A stretch of DNA of 64,000 nt from the human T2T-CHM13v2.0 reference genome, Homo sapiens: NCBI RefSeq assembly GCF_009914755.1, contig NC_060937.1; one strand, given 5' to 3'. Positions 61,651 through 64,000 of the stretch are shown piece after piece. Under the pieces are notes generated by a model. It was given only the letters and a program-made list of their open reading frames with translations. It did not search any database and was not told the DNA's origin. The translations under genes and the position numbers were made by a program. Numbering within the stretch: the first letter of the stretch is position 1; each line of letters starts with the position of its first letter.

Positions 61651-61699
61651 CCAGGTAGTAAATGAAGTTGAGTGAGTTTGGACTTGTTCTTGAAAGAGT

Positions 61700-61905
61700 A
61701 GCATGATTTGGGTTTACAAAAGTTAGAGTTGTCTCTACTCAACTGTGTGACTGTGGGAAATTCCAAAACATTGATCAGCCACACCCCTCATGTATAAAGT
61801 AGACATGATAATGTTACCTGTTTGATAAGGTCGTTGTGAGGAGTAAACAACATAATTTGTACAAAACATTTATCACAGAGCTGGACACCTCTTCAGTGTT
61901 CAATG
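61700..61905 (+). mobile_element. MIR
   Basis: CTGTGTGACTGTGGG..CCTCATGTATAAAGT..GTTGTGAGGAGTAAA..CACAGAGCTGGACAC. Confidence 0.7.
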
Positions 61906-61914
61906 TGAATGATT

Positions 61915-62400
61915 TTTACTACCTAGGTGGTAGTAAAAATATAGAGAAGTATATGAATATAAACAAATTTTAGGGGATGAAGTGAAACTGGGAATGTGTG
62001 AACTATGGGACGTGATGGGAGGAAGTGCTCAGAAATATGTGTAATTTGTAGAACTAGAAAGATAATGGCAGCATTCCTTGAGAAATGATAAACAGGCTGA
62101 GAATCAGTTTCTGGAGAAAACTGGCTTGATTTTTGAGTATGCTGAACTTAAAGTCATTCTGTGATGTCCATGTGGAGGTGTTTGAAAAATGGTGGCATCT
62201 CCAAGTATATTAGAGGCCCCTTGGGACATAGAGCTGTCAATCAGGGAGACACCAGGCAGAAGTTGAGGTCTTGGGTCCAGGAGATCACCTAAGGTGAGCC
62301 AGATAGAGGAATAAGGCCAGAGACCTGGGACCAAAGCATAGAGACTTGCAAAATCTCATGGCGAGGGTAAAGTTTGTGCCACCAAAGCACACGGGCAATG
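61915..62400 (-). mobile_element. L2 remnant
   Basis: GTGGTAGTAAAAATATAGAGAAG, GATGTCCATGTGGAGGTGT, GGAGATCACCTAAGG. Confidence 0.55.
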
Positions 62401-62814
62401 ACATTGCTGATTGAGTTGACGGCAGTTTAGATCCTCTGATAAAGATGAAAGCTCAATAACAGCCAGTGGAGAATAGGCTGGAAAAAGGAAAGAAGGCTCT
62501 CCAGGAAAATCTGGTTCTGCTTTTAAAGGGAAAGTGAGACACAGAGTGGAGGAGAGAAGGGAAACTTGGGCAGGGGGACAGAGGTCCTCAGTTCCTTGGC
62601 CAAAATCTTAGAGGTAGATATGTTTCTGAGTTAAGAAATGTTCAGTTCTGTGAAAGCAACACAGAGCATAGAGAATGTGTCATATTCTGTTAGTCTGTAA
62701 CATCCCTGCAGGTAGACCCAAAAGGCAAAGCTCCACCTCAGCCAGCCTCTAGCTCACCCCTCGCTCATTGTAATTAAAATAGATGTCTATTGAGGAGGCA
62801 GTCTGTCCCTTAGC

Positions 62815-64000
62815 AATTGACTTTCTTCACAGGAATTAGAAAAAAAACTACTTTGAATTCCATATGGAACCAAAAAAGAGCCTGTATAGCCAAGACAATC
62901 CTAAGCAAAAAGAACAAAGCTGGAGGCATCACGATGCGTGACTTCAAACTATACTACAAGGCTACAGTAACCAAAACAGCATAGTAGTGGTACCAAAACA
63001 GAAATATAGACCAATGGAACAGAACAGAGACCTCAGAAATAACACCACACATCTATGACCATCTGATCTTCGACAAACCTGACAAAAACAAGCAATGGGG
63101 AAAAGAGTCCCTATTTAATAAATGGTGCTGGGAAAACTGGCAGCCATATGCAGAAAAAAGAAACTAGACCCCTTCCTTATACCTTATACAAAAATTAACT
63201 CAAGATGGATTAAGGACTTAAATGTAAAACCAGAAATCATAAAAACCCTAAGAATACCTAGGCAATACCATTCAGGACACAGGCATGGGAAAAGACTTCA
63301 CAGTTAAAACAACAAAAGCAATCACAAGAAAAGCCAAAATTGACAAAAGGGATCTAATTAAAGAGCTTCTGCATCGCAAAAGAAACTAGCTAGCATCAGA
63401 GTGAACAGGCCACCTACAGAATGGGAGAACATTTTTGCTATCTACCCATCTGACAAATGTCTAACATCCAGAATCTACAAGGAACTTAAACAAATTTACA
63501 AGAACAAATCAAATAGCCCCATCAAAAAGTGAACAAAGGATATGAACAGACACTTATCAAAAGCAGACATTTATGTGGCCAACAAACATAAAGCTCAACA
63601 TCACTGGTCATTAGAGAAATGCAAATCAAAACCACAGGGAGATACTATCTCATGCCAGTCAGAATGGCAATTATTAAAAAGTCACGAAATAATAGATGTT
63701 TGTGAGGCTGTGGAGAAATAGGAATGCTATTACACTGTTGGTGGGAGTGTAAATTATTTCAACCATTGTAGAAGACAGTGTGGCGAATACTCAAGGATCT
63801 AGAACCAGAAGTAGCATTTGACCCAGCAATCCCATTACTGGGTATATATACCCAAAGGATTACACACCATTCTAATATAAAGACACAGGCATGTGTATGT
63901 TTATTGCAGCACTATTCACAATAGCAAAGACTTGGAATCAACCCAAATGTCCATCAATGATAGACTGGATAAAGAAAATGTGGCACATACACACCATGGA
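62815..64000 (+). mobile_element. L1PA (PA7-like), 5'-truncated: ORF2 C-terminal region, runs off the window
   Basis: CATATGGAACCAAAAAAGAGCC..AAGCTGGAGGCATCAC..TCAAGGATCTAGAACCAGAA..; frameshifts; ORF 63122-63307 gives L1 ORF2-like [29 protein letters not shown]. Confidence 0.95.

Noticed and set aside
63122-63307. L1 ORF2-like ORF
   Set aside because: It is a frameshifted piece of a 5'-truncated L1PA and is not retrotransposition-competent.

Overview
This is AT-rich, CpG-depleted primate DNA, most likely human, and either intergenic or deep-intronic. The evidence is AluY, AluS and AluJ elements, L1PA, THE1B/MST, MER41, MER9 and LTR12. I find no supportable protein-coding gene, structural RNA gene, CpG island, CRISPR array or prokaryotic system; the longer ORFs in the track read through Alu, LTR, L1 or simple-repeat sequence and the rest have no recognisable product. 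The window is a layered record of transposable elements: about 17 Alu/FLAM SINEs, old and young L1 fragments, L2/MIR remnants, about 12 LTRs (several with intact target-site duplications, TSDs) and DNA transposons (MER58A, MER2, MER30, MER44A, MADE1, Kanga1-type Tc2). The notable observations are: a 52-bp LTR12 remnant still flanked by a 4-bp TSD; a Tc2/pogo transposase fossil whose DNA-binding domain still reads in one frame; a THE1B inserted exactly at a MER31 end and carrying an improved splice donor; a tail-less, TSD-less Alu; a MER41 lacking its STAT1 motifs; local tandem duplications; and long TA and GATA microsatellites. I saw no convincing previously undescribed biological system. Repeat families were called by eye from remembered consensus sequences, and boundaries of old elements are approximate.
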